A stretch of 64,000 bases of DNA from Candidatus Liptonbacteria bacterium. GTDB taxonomy: Bacteria > Patescibacteriota > Minisyncoccia > UBA6257 > 2-01-FULL-56-20. Of the stretch, positions 49,149-58,481 are shown in pieces. The DNA lies in the NCBI GenBank assembly GCA_016212635.1, contig JACRFR010000018.1:4080-68079 (forward strand). The letters run 5' to 3'. The stretch's first letter is position 1. Each line of letters begins with the position of its first letter. The notes under the pieces are model-generated. The model saw nothing but the letters and a program-made list of their open reading frames with translations, was not told the DNA's origin and made no database searches. The position numbers and the translations under genes are program-made.

Positions 49149-51815
49149 TTATGCGGTTGCGGCTAGCTCCTGTGGGCTTAGCGTGCCAGTAGTATAGAAG
49201 TTATCCTTCCGGCGCTCTTTCCACGCCGCGAACTCCGCCTGGTTTGGTCTAGGCGCCCGAGCCCGACCAAATTCACAGCTCCGGTTGGCACAGTAGACGG
49301 GTCGCTTGGGGCTGTAGGTTTCTTGGGGGCATTTCTGACAGCGCCAGATCTTCGGGGTGGTGGAATACTGTTGGTAACTTAACGCTCCCGTGACCGCCGC
49401 CCCCACAATGCCCTTGGTCAAGCCCCAGGCGGTTCTGGCCGCGCCCTTGGCTAGAACACCGCCGGCCGCCGCCGCACCGGCAGCCACTCCCGCTACGCCG
49501 GCAGTCAAACGAGCGGCTCTTTGCTTGGATTTACTCTCACTATTGTACCATCCCTCTGTCCAGCCAGCTACCCGATCGCGGGCCGCCCGATGGGCTTCCA
49601 CCGGATGAGAGCCAAGGTAGGCCACTCGACCGAGACCACTCCCGACCGCGACTGCTCGACCGCGACCACTTACCGCCGCCAGTTCTTCTCTGGTTTTGGC
49701 CAAACGAGCGGCCGCCAGCGCGTCCGCCGCGCGTTGCTCCTGGCGTTGTTTCACTTCCGCCTTTTCGCGAAGCAGCCGCGCTTCGGCCGCGGCGAGTGTC
49801 GCTTGGACACGCGCCACCTCTGCCTCGGCTCTCTGTAGGCGCCCCGCTTTCTGTTCCGCGCCGCCGAATCCAATACTCTTCTCTCCTCTTATCCGATCAC
49901 GCTTCGCGGCCGCCGCCTCCAGAGCGCTTTTCGCCGCACGCGCGCCCTTCATGGCTTCTTGGATCTCGGGGCTAATTGCCGCTTCTTCGGGTTCGGCAAC
50001 TGCCGGCGGTGTCCCGGCCGGAACCCCTTCCGCAAATCCGCGCTGGAATGGAGACGCTGATGTCTCCCCTCCCAGTCCCACCGGGGCCGTGCCCATTACC
50101 TGGGGCTGGCTGGCGGGGGCGTGTGCGGCTGGCTGTAGCTGCGGCAGGGATTCGGCGGCGATCCGAACGGGCTGGGCCGGGGCAATGGGAATCACTTTGG
50201 GTCGGGCGGCCGCTCCCGCCGGAGAAGCAGAAGGCGGCGGTGGGGAAGATGGTTGGGCGGCGGCCGCGGCGGGAGGCGGTTGGTCCTCTGGTTTTGGTCC
50301 GGCGGCAGGCACGGCTTCCACCCGGGCCTTTTGAGCCGCCATCGCCGCCTCGGTTTTGGTCCCGCCGCGAGCAGCAGTTTGAACTGCGGTGACTGCGGGC
50401 AAAGTAGTTAACCGTTGTTTAACTCTGGCGGCTTGAGCCGTGGCCTTGCCCCAATACTCCTTACCCTTGTCCGCCACTCCTTTTTTGGCCCAACTCTGCA
50501 CTCCGCGCCGCGCTCCTTGCACTGCCGCCACTGCACCCTGGGAGCCGTAAACACCCACTTTTTGGGCCGCGAATATCCCGGCGGCTATGATTGCCAGCGA
50601 AACTATCATTTGGAGGAAAAAGGAAGCGGTTGTAGCCAGCGCGCCCAGTGCTCCGGCCAACCCCGCCGCCGCCCCGGCCGGAGCCCAAATATTAGTGGTC
50701 GCGAGAGCCTCGATGACCTTAATGCCGAGCCAAAGGAAGAAGACGCACAGCGGCGCGAAGAAAGAGTACTTTAAGAACTTACTCCACCACTCCCCCCACT
50801 GGCTCCGGAACATGGGCAAAATGAAGCCGATCATGGCCAGCGGGAACAAGACCAGCAAGATGCCCAGGGCAACGTAACGGATTAAGAACAAGCAGTTGAT
50901 CGTGGCCAAAATGACGATAATAAGCAGGGAGCCAAGTATCGAGAAAACCAGCGATCCGGTGGATTGCAAGAGGCCAGCCACGGCGGATCCCCCTCCAGAA
51001 TCGTTTAACTCTGCGCCAACTGCGGTCGCGTTAGTAGTTCCCATCTGCTCGTCCGACAGGCTGGTAAGGTTCGCTTTCTGCGGCTGGAAAGATCCCGAGA
51101 GAGCCATCGCGAAGTTGTGAAAACTATTGCCCCCGGCCGGACTGATCTGATTTATAAAGTAAGACGCCAGAGTATCGTTGAACTTGATGATCTGTCCGGT
51201 CAAGGGCAGGCCGAAATTAACCAAGAGTATCGCCGCGAGAAACTTGGGCAGGAGCGCCTTGGCGCCATAGGGCGTGTACCGGACAATGGTCGCGATCGCG
51301 ATCATCACTAAAGCGATCAAAGAGAAGACATTGAACAGGGCGGAGGACATCTTGTAACCAAGCTGGACCACTGGTCCGTTAACTATGTCCGTGTTAAGTT
51401 CCAGAACAATGCCCAAAAGCCACGCCTGGAGGGAGACGATTATCCCGGCAATGAAACTAATGAAGTAGGCGGCCAAAAAGAAGATCTTGCCGATCACCCC
51501 GAAGGCCAGGTTGAACATATTGCCGAAAGTTTTATCCCAAGCCCAAGAAAAAATATTATTGGCAGTTTTGGCATTCTTTTCCACAATTGCTTTTTCGCAG
51601 TTTGCCCGCTGTTCCGGCGTGGTGGTGGCGCCCTGCGCCGGTATGCAACGTAAACTGGCGAAGGTCTCTACGCTCCCGTAGGCCAGGGCGATATTACCGC
51701 CGAAGTTCTTTTGCGCCGCCCCGAAAGGAACGGGCGACAAAACCACCCACAGCCCTACGGTTGTCGCGACAGCTATCAAAACTGATCGGGGAATATCTAA
51801 TCGCTTCATATTCAT
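49149..51815 (-). CDS. VirB6/TrbL-like polytopic membrane protein with Ala/Pro-rich tail and C-terminal Cys cluster
   Basis: AILLVNF, LIRYVALGILLVLFPLA..ILP...W..WW..F; CQKC...CANRSC at the end. Confidence 0.65.
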   Translation of the reverse strand: MNMKRLDIPRSVLIAVATTVGLWVVLSPVPFGAAQKNFGGNIALAYGSVETFASLRCIPAQGATTTPEQRANCEKAIVEKNAKTANNIFSWAWDKTFGNMFNLAFGVIGKIFFLAAYFISFIAGIIVSLQAWLLGIVLELNTDIVNGPVVQLGYKMSSALFNVFSLIALVMIAIATIVRYTPYGAKALLPKFLAAILLVNFGLPLTGQIIKFNDTLASYFINQISPAGGNSFHNFAMALSGSFQPQKANLTSLSDEQMGTTNATAVGAELNDSGGGSAVAGLLQSTGSLVFSILGSLLIIVILATINCLFLIRYVALGILLVLFPLAMIGFILPMFRSQWGEWWSKFLKYSFFAPLCVFFLWLGIKVIEALATTNIWAPAGAAAGLAGALGALATTASFFLQMIVSLAIIAAGIFAAQKVGVYGSQGAVAAVQGARRGVQSWAKKGVADKGKEYWGKATAQAARVKQRLTTLPAVTAVQTAARGGTKTEAAMAAQKARVEAVPAAGPKPEDQPPPAAAAAQPSSPPPPSASPAGAAARPKVIPIAPAQPVRIAAESLPQLQPAAHAPASQPQVMGTAPVGLGGETSASPFQRGFAEGVPAGTPPAVAEPEEAAISPEIQEAMKGARAAKSALEAAAAKRDRIRGEKSIGFGGAEQKAGRLQRAEAEVARVQATLAAAEARLLREKAEVKQRQEQRAADALAAARLAKTREELAAVSGRGRAVAVGSGLGRVAYLGSHPVEAHRAARDRVAGWTEGWYNSESKSKQRAARLTAGVAGVAAGAAAAGGVLAKGAARTAWGLTKGIVGAAVTGALSYQQYSTTPKIWRCQKCPQETYSPKRPVYCANRSCEFGRARAPRPNQAEFAAWKERRKDNFYTTGTLSPQELAATA

Positions 51816-54313
51816 TACGGCGCGGGCAGGGTTTGGTTGCAGCTCGGCGGGCCGCTGGTGACAATAGGCGCTCCGGTCAAAGGATCGGTCTGGGTGATCG
51901 GGGCGGGCGCTAGGTTGGCGGCGATGGCCGCGTTCAGGTTTCGGAGGCGCTCCAAGCGGTTTTTGGATTCTGTCTCCAGGCCGGCGATGTACTCCGCGCT
52001 CCGTTCGCGGGCGGCGTTCATCCAGTCCACTACTGCCTGGATCTGGGTTGTGCTGGCGGCTTGATTCAACTCGTCGCGCTTGGCGCTGAACTCGGTGGAG
52101 TTGCGCAAGACGTTATCCAGCTCCACCTGCACGTTCCCGCCCAAACTTTGCAGCATCTGGATCTTGCCCTCACTGCCGGTGATCGCGCCGTTCGCGTCTT
52201 GGTTGGGGCACTTGTTCTTAAGATCGTTCAAGGCGGCCACCGCGGAGCTCGCGGAATCCAGCCAGTCATTATCGTTTCTGGCGGTGTCGGATAGTTTAGT
52301 GAGCAACTCGTTCATACTCTGCACTATTGCTTCCTTACCGCTGGGAATGGGGGGCGGATTGCTGGCGCGATCCACATTACTGTTCATCTGGCGGCAATCC
52401 TCTAACTCTTGGGGATCGACGATGCCGTCGCACGCATTAGGTGTCGGCCCGCCACCCCCAGGAGAAGCGCCCACCCGGTCCGCCGCGGTCGCGCCCTGGA
52501 ACATTCCGCGCATACCCTTGACGCCTGCCGCCATGAGCTTATTTAATCCCGAGTTGACCAAGGCGGAAACGAGCGCGGTAAAATCTTCCGCGTTCACGAT
52601 GCGGTGCACGGGCGAGCCGATGGCGCTATCCATCGCTCCGGCGATGGTTTTGCCCGGAGTGGTGGCTTCGTAACCATTCGGGTCGCAGTAGGTGAACCAG
52701 CACTGGTAATCTTCTTCTCCGGGCGTTCCTTCGCACTTATCCATTCGGACAAACCCCTCCTTTTGCTTGTTCGCATTGACTAGAATCTGGGCCCGGGCAG
52801 GGGTAGTGCCGCCGGCTTCGTAGATATTTACCGGCTCGGTAGTTGAGTCCACACACTCCTTGGTCGACAAGAATCCTTGGCCGGCGCTCGCATCCTTGGA
52901 AGCCGAGTCTTTACCTTGATCCACTTGAGCCTGAACCCGGTCGCTGACCTCGATCATCGCTCCGAAGATATTATTGGACGGCTTCAGGGATTCCCCGTAA
53001 GCGACAAAACCGCCGCTCTCGAAGCTGTCATAAAATTGGTCTACGTTCTGAACGACTCGGTCCAGGGTGCAACCGGGCGGGGTATCGTAAGCGGCTTGCT
53101 GTTCGATTTTGGCGATCTGCAGCAGGGGCACCAAGCCGGTACAAAAATTAGGCATGATCTCTTCGATCGCTTGGCCCACCTGGCGGTTCGCCTCGTCTTT
53201 CAAAAAGCCGGTGAAGTTGGTGACAAACTTAGGCTTGCCTTCCCCTTGGACCCACTTGATGGTTTGCATGACTAAGCGGTGAACCAGCTGGTCTTTGAGC
53301 GTCTCGGTGGCCAAGGTCTTGATGTAAGTCTTGATGTCTTTGAGCAAGTCGTGGATAAATTTTTTGATGTCCGTCACGATCCACTGCGCGTGTGCGGTCG
53401 GCAGGCCGAAGAGCCGCGCGGACATCGTGCGGAGGGTCGAGTGGTCGGAGCGCGACGCGGCGCGTTCAATCGCGGCCGCCCGGTCCAACTCGCGGCGGTA
53501 CTCTTCCAGGGCCAGCGTAACGGTCGGGTCGTTGGCTTGCATCACCAAGTTCATCCGCAAAGGGTCGTTCACCTCATCGGTCAAAGCAACCATGTCGCGC
53601 GCGTAGACCAGGAGCGCGATCAAGCTCCGGTGATAGTTCGCGAGCGGCTCCGGCACCTCCGATCGAAGGGTTTGCTGGAGAGCCCGGTCTAAATAGGGCG
53701 CCGCAAAACCGATCGGTTGCTTGGCTTGGGTTAGGCTCGCCAGCTCATTCAAATTGGTTTGGACGAGGTTTTTGTCCAAAATTCGCTCGATGGCAGCGGA
53801 GTAGATGCGGACATCCCCCGGGCCGTATGTTTTTTTTGTTTTAATTTGGGCGACCAAAGTTTTGGCTTCGACCGACCAGTCGGGCAGAGTGATATTTTGG
53901 CTTAGGGCGCGAGCCGCCACCCCAGTAGCCGCGTTATCGAAATCCGGAGGCACCAGGCCCACTTGGCCATCCGGCTGGGTAACCAGTCCACCGGGGTTGG
54001 CCACCGCTATTTCCTGAACCAGATTTGCGGCGAGCGCGTCGGTTAAGTTAGTAGAGGTGGCCGGGAGAAGGGAGTCCGCGATGGAAGCGGCGGTAGAAGT
54101 GGCAGGCAAGGAGAAAAGCAGCGGGTCCGGGATCGGCTCCACGAACGCATTCCGGGGCGTGTCAGTTGGAACCGAAGACGCGGGCAGGACGGCCGCGGGT
54201 TTAGCGGGCGCGGGGCGCTGGTAGATGGCGGCCATAAGGTAAGTGGACCCTCCCACCAGCGTGGCGAGCACCAAAAACCCGACGACCAGAGTTTTGAAAT
54301 CGCGGGGAGCCAT
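51815..54313 (-). CDS. Large membrane-anchored hypothetical protein of the T4SS-like cluster
   Basis: N-terminal TM; internal AHAQW pilin-like processing motif; WVQG-G-P-FVTNF, GQGFLS-K-C, TTPG. Start at MAPRDF after TATAAT and AAGGAG. Confidence 0.6.
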   Translation of the reverse strand: MAPRDFKTLVVGFLVLATLVGGSTYLMAAIYQRPAPAKPAAVLPASSVPTDTPRNAFVEPIPDPLLFSLPATSTAASIADSLLPATSTNLTDALAANLVQEIAVANPGGLVTQPDGQVGLVPPDFDNAATGVAARALSQNITLPDWSVEAKTLVAQIKTKKTYGPGDVRIYSAAIERILDKNLVQTNLNELASLTQAKQPIGFAAPYLDRALQQTLRSEVPEPLANYHRSLIALLVYARDMVALTDEVNDPLRMNLVMQANDPTVTLALEEYRRELDRAAAIERAASRSDHSTLRTMSARLFGLPTAHAQWIVTDIKKFIHDLLKDIKTYIKTLATETLKDQLVHRLVMQTIKWVQGEGKPKFVTNFTGFLKDEANRQVGQAIEEIMPNFCTGLVPLLQIAKIEQQAAYDTPPGCTLDRVVQNVDQFYDSFESGGFVAYGESLKPSNNIFGAMIEVSDRVQAQVDQGKDSASKDASAGQGFLSTKECVDSTTEPVNIYEAGGTTPARAQILVNANKQKEGFVRMDKCEGTPGEEDYQCWFTYCDPNGYEATTPGKTIAGAMDSAIGSPVHRIVNAEDFTALVSALVNSGLNKLMAAGVKGMRGMFQGATAADRVGASPGGGGPTPNACDGIVDPQELEDCRQMNSNVDRASNPPPIPSGKEAIVQSMNELLTKLSDTARNDNDWLDSASSAVAALNDLKNKCPNQDANGAITGSEGKIQMLQSLGGNVQVELDNVLRNSTEFSAKRDELNQAASTTQIQAVVDWMNAARERSAEYIAGLETESKNRLERLRNLNAAIAANLAPAPITQTDPLTGAPIVTSGPPSCNQTLPAP

Positions 54314-54518
54314 TTGCTCCTTTATTATAGAGAATACTTGCGGCCAAAGGAACAAGGGTTAGGCCCAAGCCCCATACCAGAGCAAAGCACGGTACGGGGT
54401 TTGCCTCCCCTATCCCCTCCTTAGAAAAGGAGGGGATAGGGGAGGTTCCGGGTTCTCATATCGAGGTCGGGCCTTAAGATTTCCCCAAGGCCCGACCTCA
54501 GATGCAATTCTTAAAAAA

Positions 54519-55319
54519 TTACTCAACCTCCTCAAGCACATGCGTCAATCGCTCCAAGTCATCAAGAGACAAGTTGCCCGGCCGAACTTGAGGGTCGAAA
54601 CCCAACTCTTGGAGCCAGAGCTTTGGTTCCAAGCGCCCCCCCGCTAATCCCGCAGCGGTTAGGTTATTAAGTAAGGTTTTACGCGGCTGTCGAAACAACA
54701 AGTTCACCAATTGAAAATACTGATCCCGGCGAGTAACACTAGGTGGTTGCCGGCGGCGCAGGACTACCAACACACCGTCCACCTGGGGCGGCGGCGAGAA
54801 TTCTTGGCGGGGTATCTTTAAAACCAGTTCCGGTTCCCAGTCCAGCTGGACGCTGGCCGAGAGTTTGTTCATGCCGGGCGGCTTGGCCGCGAGGCGTTCG
54901 CCCACCTCCTGCTGCATCAAAAAAACACAAGCATCCGGGAGGCGGGGTAAGTTGCTGATCAAGCGCAAGAGATAACCGGTCAGGTAGTAGGGCAGGTTGC
55001 CGACCAGGAGATAAGAACGGAGAGGGAGTAGGGGGTAGGGAGTAGAGAGTAGAGTACGGATGTCGCCGGGAATGATTTCCACCCGCGGATCGTTCTTGTA
55101 CTTCTCTTGAAGCGCCTCGGCCAGTGCCGCATCCTTCTCGACCGCAATTATTCTCCTCGCTCCTCGCTCCTCGCTCCTCGCGAGTATCCCAGTCAACTCT
55201 CCATGCCCGGGGCCGATCTCTACGATCGCTTCTCCGGGCAGGGATGTGATCACTTCGGCGATGCGTTCCAGGATCGCCGAGTTCTTTAGAAAATGTTGGC
55301 CTAATTTTTGCCGCGGCAT
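54519..55319 (-). CDS. rsmA: 16S rRNA dimethyladenosine transferase RsmA/KsgA
   Basis: KLGQHFL, EIGPGHGELT, AVEKD, GNLPYY, Q-EVGERL, F-PPPQVD, F-QPRKTL-NNL. Confidence 0.95.
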   Translation of the reverse strand: MPRQKLGQHFLKNSAILERIAEVITSLPGEAIVEIGPGHGELTGILARSEERGARRIIAVEKDAALAEALQEKYKNDPRVEIIPGDIRTLLSTPYPLLPLRSYLLVGNLPYYLTGYLLRLISNLPRLPDACVFLMQQEVGERLAAKPPGMNKLSASVQLDWEPELVLKIPRQEFSPPPQVDGVLVVLRRRQPPSVTRRDQYFQLVNLLFRQPRKTLLNNLTAAGLAGGRLEPKLWLQELGFDPQVRPGNLSLDDLERLTHVLEEVE

Positions 55320-55438
55320 GTTTTGTTTCGTGTCATTCCCGCTCGCCTCGCTGAAGCCTCCGGCGAAGCGGGCGAAGGCGGGAATCTAGTGCCCCCTTGG
55401 CTATTATAAGTCAAAAGTTAATAGTCAATCGTCAACAA

Positions 55439-58366
55439 TCAATCGTCAATAGTTATGTAGTCCTCTTCCTCCGCGCGGGACTCAAAATTCAGCAGCTCGG
55501 GCGGCAGCTCGCCTAAAAACCGGGAGGGAATGTCGAAATAAGACAGGGTTAGAGAATGCCTGGCCCGGGTCATGCCGACATACAACAAACGGCGCTCCTC
55601 TTCCAGCTCCGCGTCACTGCCCAAAGACCAGACATGAGGCACTAGTTCTTCCTTGCAGCCCACGATAAAAACCCGGTCGAATTCCAAACCCTTGGCCGCA
55701 TGCAGGGTCATCAGTGCCACTGGCGCGACCCGATCTTCTTGCTTGTCGCTTGTCGCTTGTCGCTTGTCGCTATCTGCGTCCGTGTCCTGAACCAATGCTA
55801 CTTTTTCTAGGAAGTCGCTGATGGTCGGAAAGGATCGCGCAAAAGCGAGCAACTCCGCGATGTTCTCGCGGCGCTCCCGATGATCCGGGAAAGAATGTTC
55901 TAAATATGTCAGGTAGCGGGTGTGGCTCAAGAAATATCGGAACACTTGGCTGGGCGACTGGCTAGCCAACCCTTCTGAACCGGCTAGAAAGTTTTTGAAA
56001 CCCTGCTTGGTCAAAACCTTTTCCAATCGTTCAGTGCTCAATAGGTCTTTGGGGTTGGCAATAACTTTAAGCGCGGCCAGAATATCCTTAACCTCTCGGC
56101 GTTCATAAAACTTCAACCCTCCGAAGATCTGGTACGGTACATCCCGCTCCAAAAGCGCCTGTTCCAAAGCCCGCGACTGGGCATTGGTCCGGTAAAGTAT
56201 GGCCGTGGTTTGTCCGGTTCTCCTCGCTCTTCCCTCCTCGCTCTTCGCTATGTTTTCTGCCACCCATTTCGCCTCTTGGTCTTCATCTGTAAATTCCGCC
56301 AACCGGATCAATTCCCCTTGGGGATTTTCGGTCCACAAAGATTTGGCTTTCTGGCGGCGATTGTGCGCGATCAGGGCCGAGGCGGCCCGGATAATGTTGG
56401 CGGAGGAGCGGTAGCATTTTTCCAGGAGAACCACCTGCGCCTCCGGCCAGTCCTGTTCAAAATTGAGGAATATTTCGAAGTTAGATCCTCGCCAGCGGTA
56501 AATAGAATTGTGCACAACCAGCCGATTGGCCGTGTAATTATGAACCCCGGCCACTTCCAGGTCATAGACCCATCCGCGATACGATTCCCATTCCACCTTT
56601 TTTATCTCATCCTCGACCACGCGCCCGCCAATTTTTACCGCGACTTGCATGGAGGGACGAGCGTGAGCGGCCGGTTGCAGCAACATTCGCGGGCCGGCAG
56701 TTAATCGCGCCGTCCGGACCGTTTCTAGGCCGGGATCAAGGGGTTTTATCTTCCGCACCCAATTTTCCAAGACCGCACTGTCCATATTAGTCAGCTCCGT
56801 CCGCCAATCGGAATATTTGCCCCGCCTGGTAGTTAGGCCCAAGGCGGCCACTTTTTCCTTTAGCCGCTGATCGCGGGTATTGATGCTCAATCGGCTTAGG
56901 CCCCAAGGATGGAGTTTACTTTTGCGCTTGTCGTCGAACATGGTTAGGCGCAAGCGCAATCGGTGGCTAGCGAAACGAATTCCGCCCTGGGGCAGGTAGT
57001 GGGGCCAATTAAAATAAAGGTGGTGATCCGCCATCAGTTTTTTCACTCGCGCAACAGTGTCTATATTTTGGAACAATCGGTCAACTTGGTCTTGAGATAT
57101 AAGCATGGACCTGTTACCGGTGTCGAAAACCGTGGTGGGTATGCCGTACTGAAACGATAAATACGCCTCCCAATATTGGGCTTCCCCACGGCTAGCGCAT
57201 ACCCGCACGATCCACATCTTGTCTCCCCTTTCCTGGTTGCTCCTGACCCGTAGTCCTATTTGCGATACGCCTCCTTGGACCTTTCTTGCGCCTTTGGCCA
57301 AGCCGAGCCGGAAACCGCGATCGGAGCGGTACATAAGATATACATAATATATTTCTTCGCATAGTTTGAGGCGCAAGAAAATAATATGGTTGGGTGTCAG
57401 GCGTAGCGTTTGCCCGCGGGCGGTAGTGATTTTTACCAAAGAGCCGCGATAGAAAAACTTTTTAACTTTTTTCACTACACCCGAGCAAACGCCGCCGTTG
57501 CCGGAAGCTGACCAGATCCGGTTTCCCTGCCTTATCTCCCTTATCGGCCGCGGGCCGGCGGAGGTTAGAATTTCGGTGTCCGGCGGGACGCACTGATGAT
57601 CATCCCCCACGGCAGTTACCGAGCCAGTCGCCCCGGCCATAAGTCGCACCATCTCATACTGCATGTTATTCAGATCCTGATACTCATCGATCAACAAGTA
57701 GCGGGTTCTTTTTTGAACGCGCTGGCAGACCATTTTATCCGAGCTACATAGCTGGACAACTTGATAAACCAAGTCGTCCAAGTCAAAAGCGTTGTTTTCT
57801 TGCAGCGCCTGTTCGTAAGCCGCCCAAATTTGAGCTAACACTTGGTCCTTGGGATCTGCCGAGTCCGGGTCGGGCAGTATCGCGGTCCCTTCCTTGATCC
57901 GGCTCACGGCTTGGAGCAGGCCGGCGGGTGAAAAGCGCGTCGGGTTGATCTCCAGCCGCTTGAACAGTTTTTTCATGAGCTGCATCGCGTCGCCGTGATC
58001 GAAGATCGCGAAGTCGGCCGTTCGACCCAAGAGCCGCGCCTCGAATCGCAGCAGGCGAGCGCCGAACGCGTGAAAAGTTCCAATAAACGGAGTCCCCCGC
58101 TCTTCGCTGTTCGCTCTTCGCTCTTCGCTTCCCACTACGCGTTCGATCATCACCCGCGCGGCCTTATTGGTCAAAGTTAGCGCGCAGATCTGGTCTCCCG
58201 GAATGCCGCGCCGGAGCAAGTTCTGGAGCCGGCTCATTAAGGTGTGGGTTTTGCCCGTGCCCGCCCCCGCCACAATTAATAGAGGCCGATCCGAAGCCTC
58301 CACGGCTTGTTTCTGCTGGGGGTTTAGACCGGAAAAACGGCTGGGAGAATTTTCGGGGATGTCCAT
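55439..58366 (-). CDS. pcrA: UvrD/PcrA helicase containing an intein
   Basis: AGAGTGKT, DEYQD, VGDDHQ|intein|SIYRWRG, YRS, LYRTNAQSR, TLHAAKGLEF, EERRLLYVGMTRA. Confidence 0.92.
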   Translation of the reverse strand: MDIPENSPSRFSGLNPQQKQAVEASDRPLLIVAGAGTGKTHTLMSRLQNLLRRGIPGDQICALTLTNKAARVMIERVVGSEERRANSEERGTPFIGTFHAFGARLLRFEARLLGRTADFAIFDHGDAMQLMKKLFKRLEINPTRFSPAGLLQAVSRIKEGTAILPDPDSADPKDQVLAQIWAAYEQALQENNAFDLDDLVYQVVQLCSSDKMVCQRVQKRTRYLLIDEYQDLNNMQYEMVRLMAGATGSVTAVGDDHQCVPPDTEILTSAGPRPIREIRQGNRIWSASGNGGVCSGVVKKVKKFFYRGSLVKITTARGQTLRLTPNHIIFLRLKLCEEIYYVYLMYRSDRGFRLGLAKGARKVQGGVSQIGLRVRSNQERGDKMWIVRVCASRGEAQYWEAYLSFQYGIPTTVFDTGNRSMLISQDQVDRLFQNIDTVARVKKLMADHHLYFNWPHYLPQGGIRFASHRLRLRLTMFDDKRKSKLHPWGLSRLSINTRDQRLKEKVAALGLTTRRGKYSDWRTELTNMDSAVLENWVRKIKPLDPGLETVRTARLTAGPRMLLQPAAHARPSMQVAVKIGGRVVEDEIKKVEWESYRGWVYDLEVAGVHNYTANRLVVHNSIYRWRGSNFEIFLNFEQDWPEAQVVLLEKCYRSSANIIRAASALIAHNRRQKAKSLWTENPQGELIRLAEFTDEDQEAKWVAENIAKSEEGRARRTGQTTAILYRTNAQSRALEQALLERDVPYQIFGGLKFYERREVKDILAALKVIANPKDLLSTERLEKVLTKQGFKNFLAGSEGLASQSPSQVFRYFLSHTRYLTYLEHSFPDHRERRENIAELLAFARSFPTISDFLEKVALVQDTDADSDKRQATSDKQEDRVAPVALMTLHAAKGLEFDRVFIVGCKEELVPHVWSLGSDAELEEERRLLYVGMTRARHSLTLSYFDIPSRFLGELPPELLNFESRAEEEDYITIDD
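56507..57592 (-). mobile_element. 362-aa intein in UvrD motif III (Q|C...HN|S)
   Basis: Block A CVPPDTEILT, block B LRLTPNHIIF, blocks F/G VYDLEVAGVHNYTANRLVVHN followed by Ser; removal restores GDDHQSIYRWRG. Confidence 0.93.
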
Positions 58367-58481
58367 TTTTGTCCTGCAAAAACAAGGGTTTTTGGCAATT
58401 GCCTCGCCAGCGGTTGTGTGCTAGCCTGTATCTATTCCAAGGTTAGTCAGAAAATTATATCGGTTAGTATCGCCATCAGGA

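Noticed and set aside
41560-54313. Integrative conjugative element
   Set aside because: No integrase, relaxase, att repeats or compositional shift is visible around the VirB4 cluster.
14883-54499. 36-37-bp palindromic repeats as CRISPR repeats
   Set aside because: Copies are dispersed singly over 40 kb, not arrayed with spacers, and no cas genes are present.
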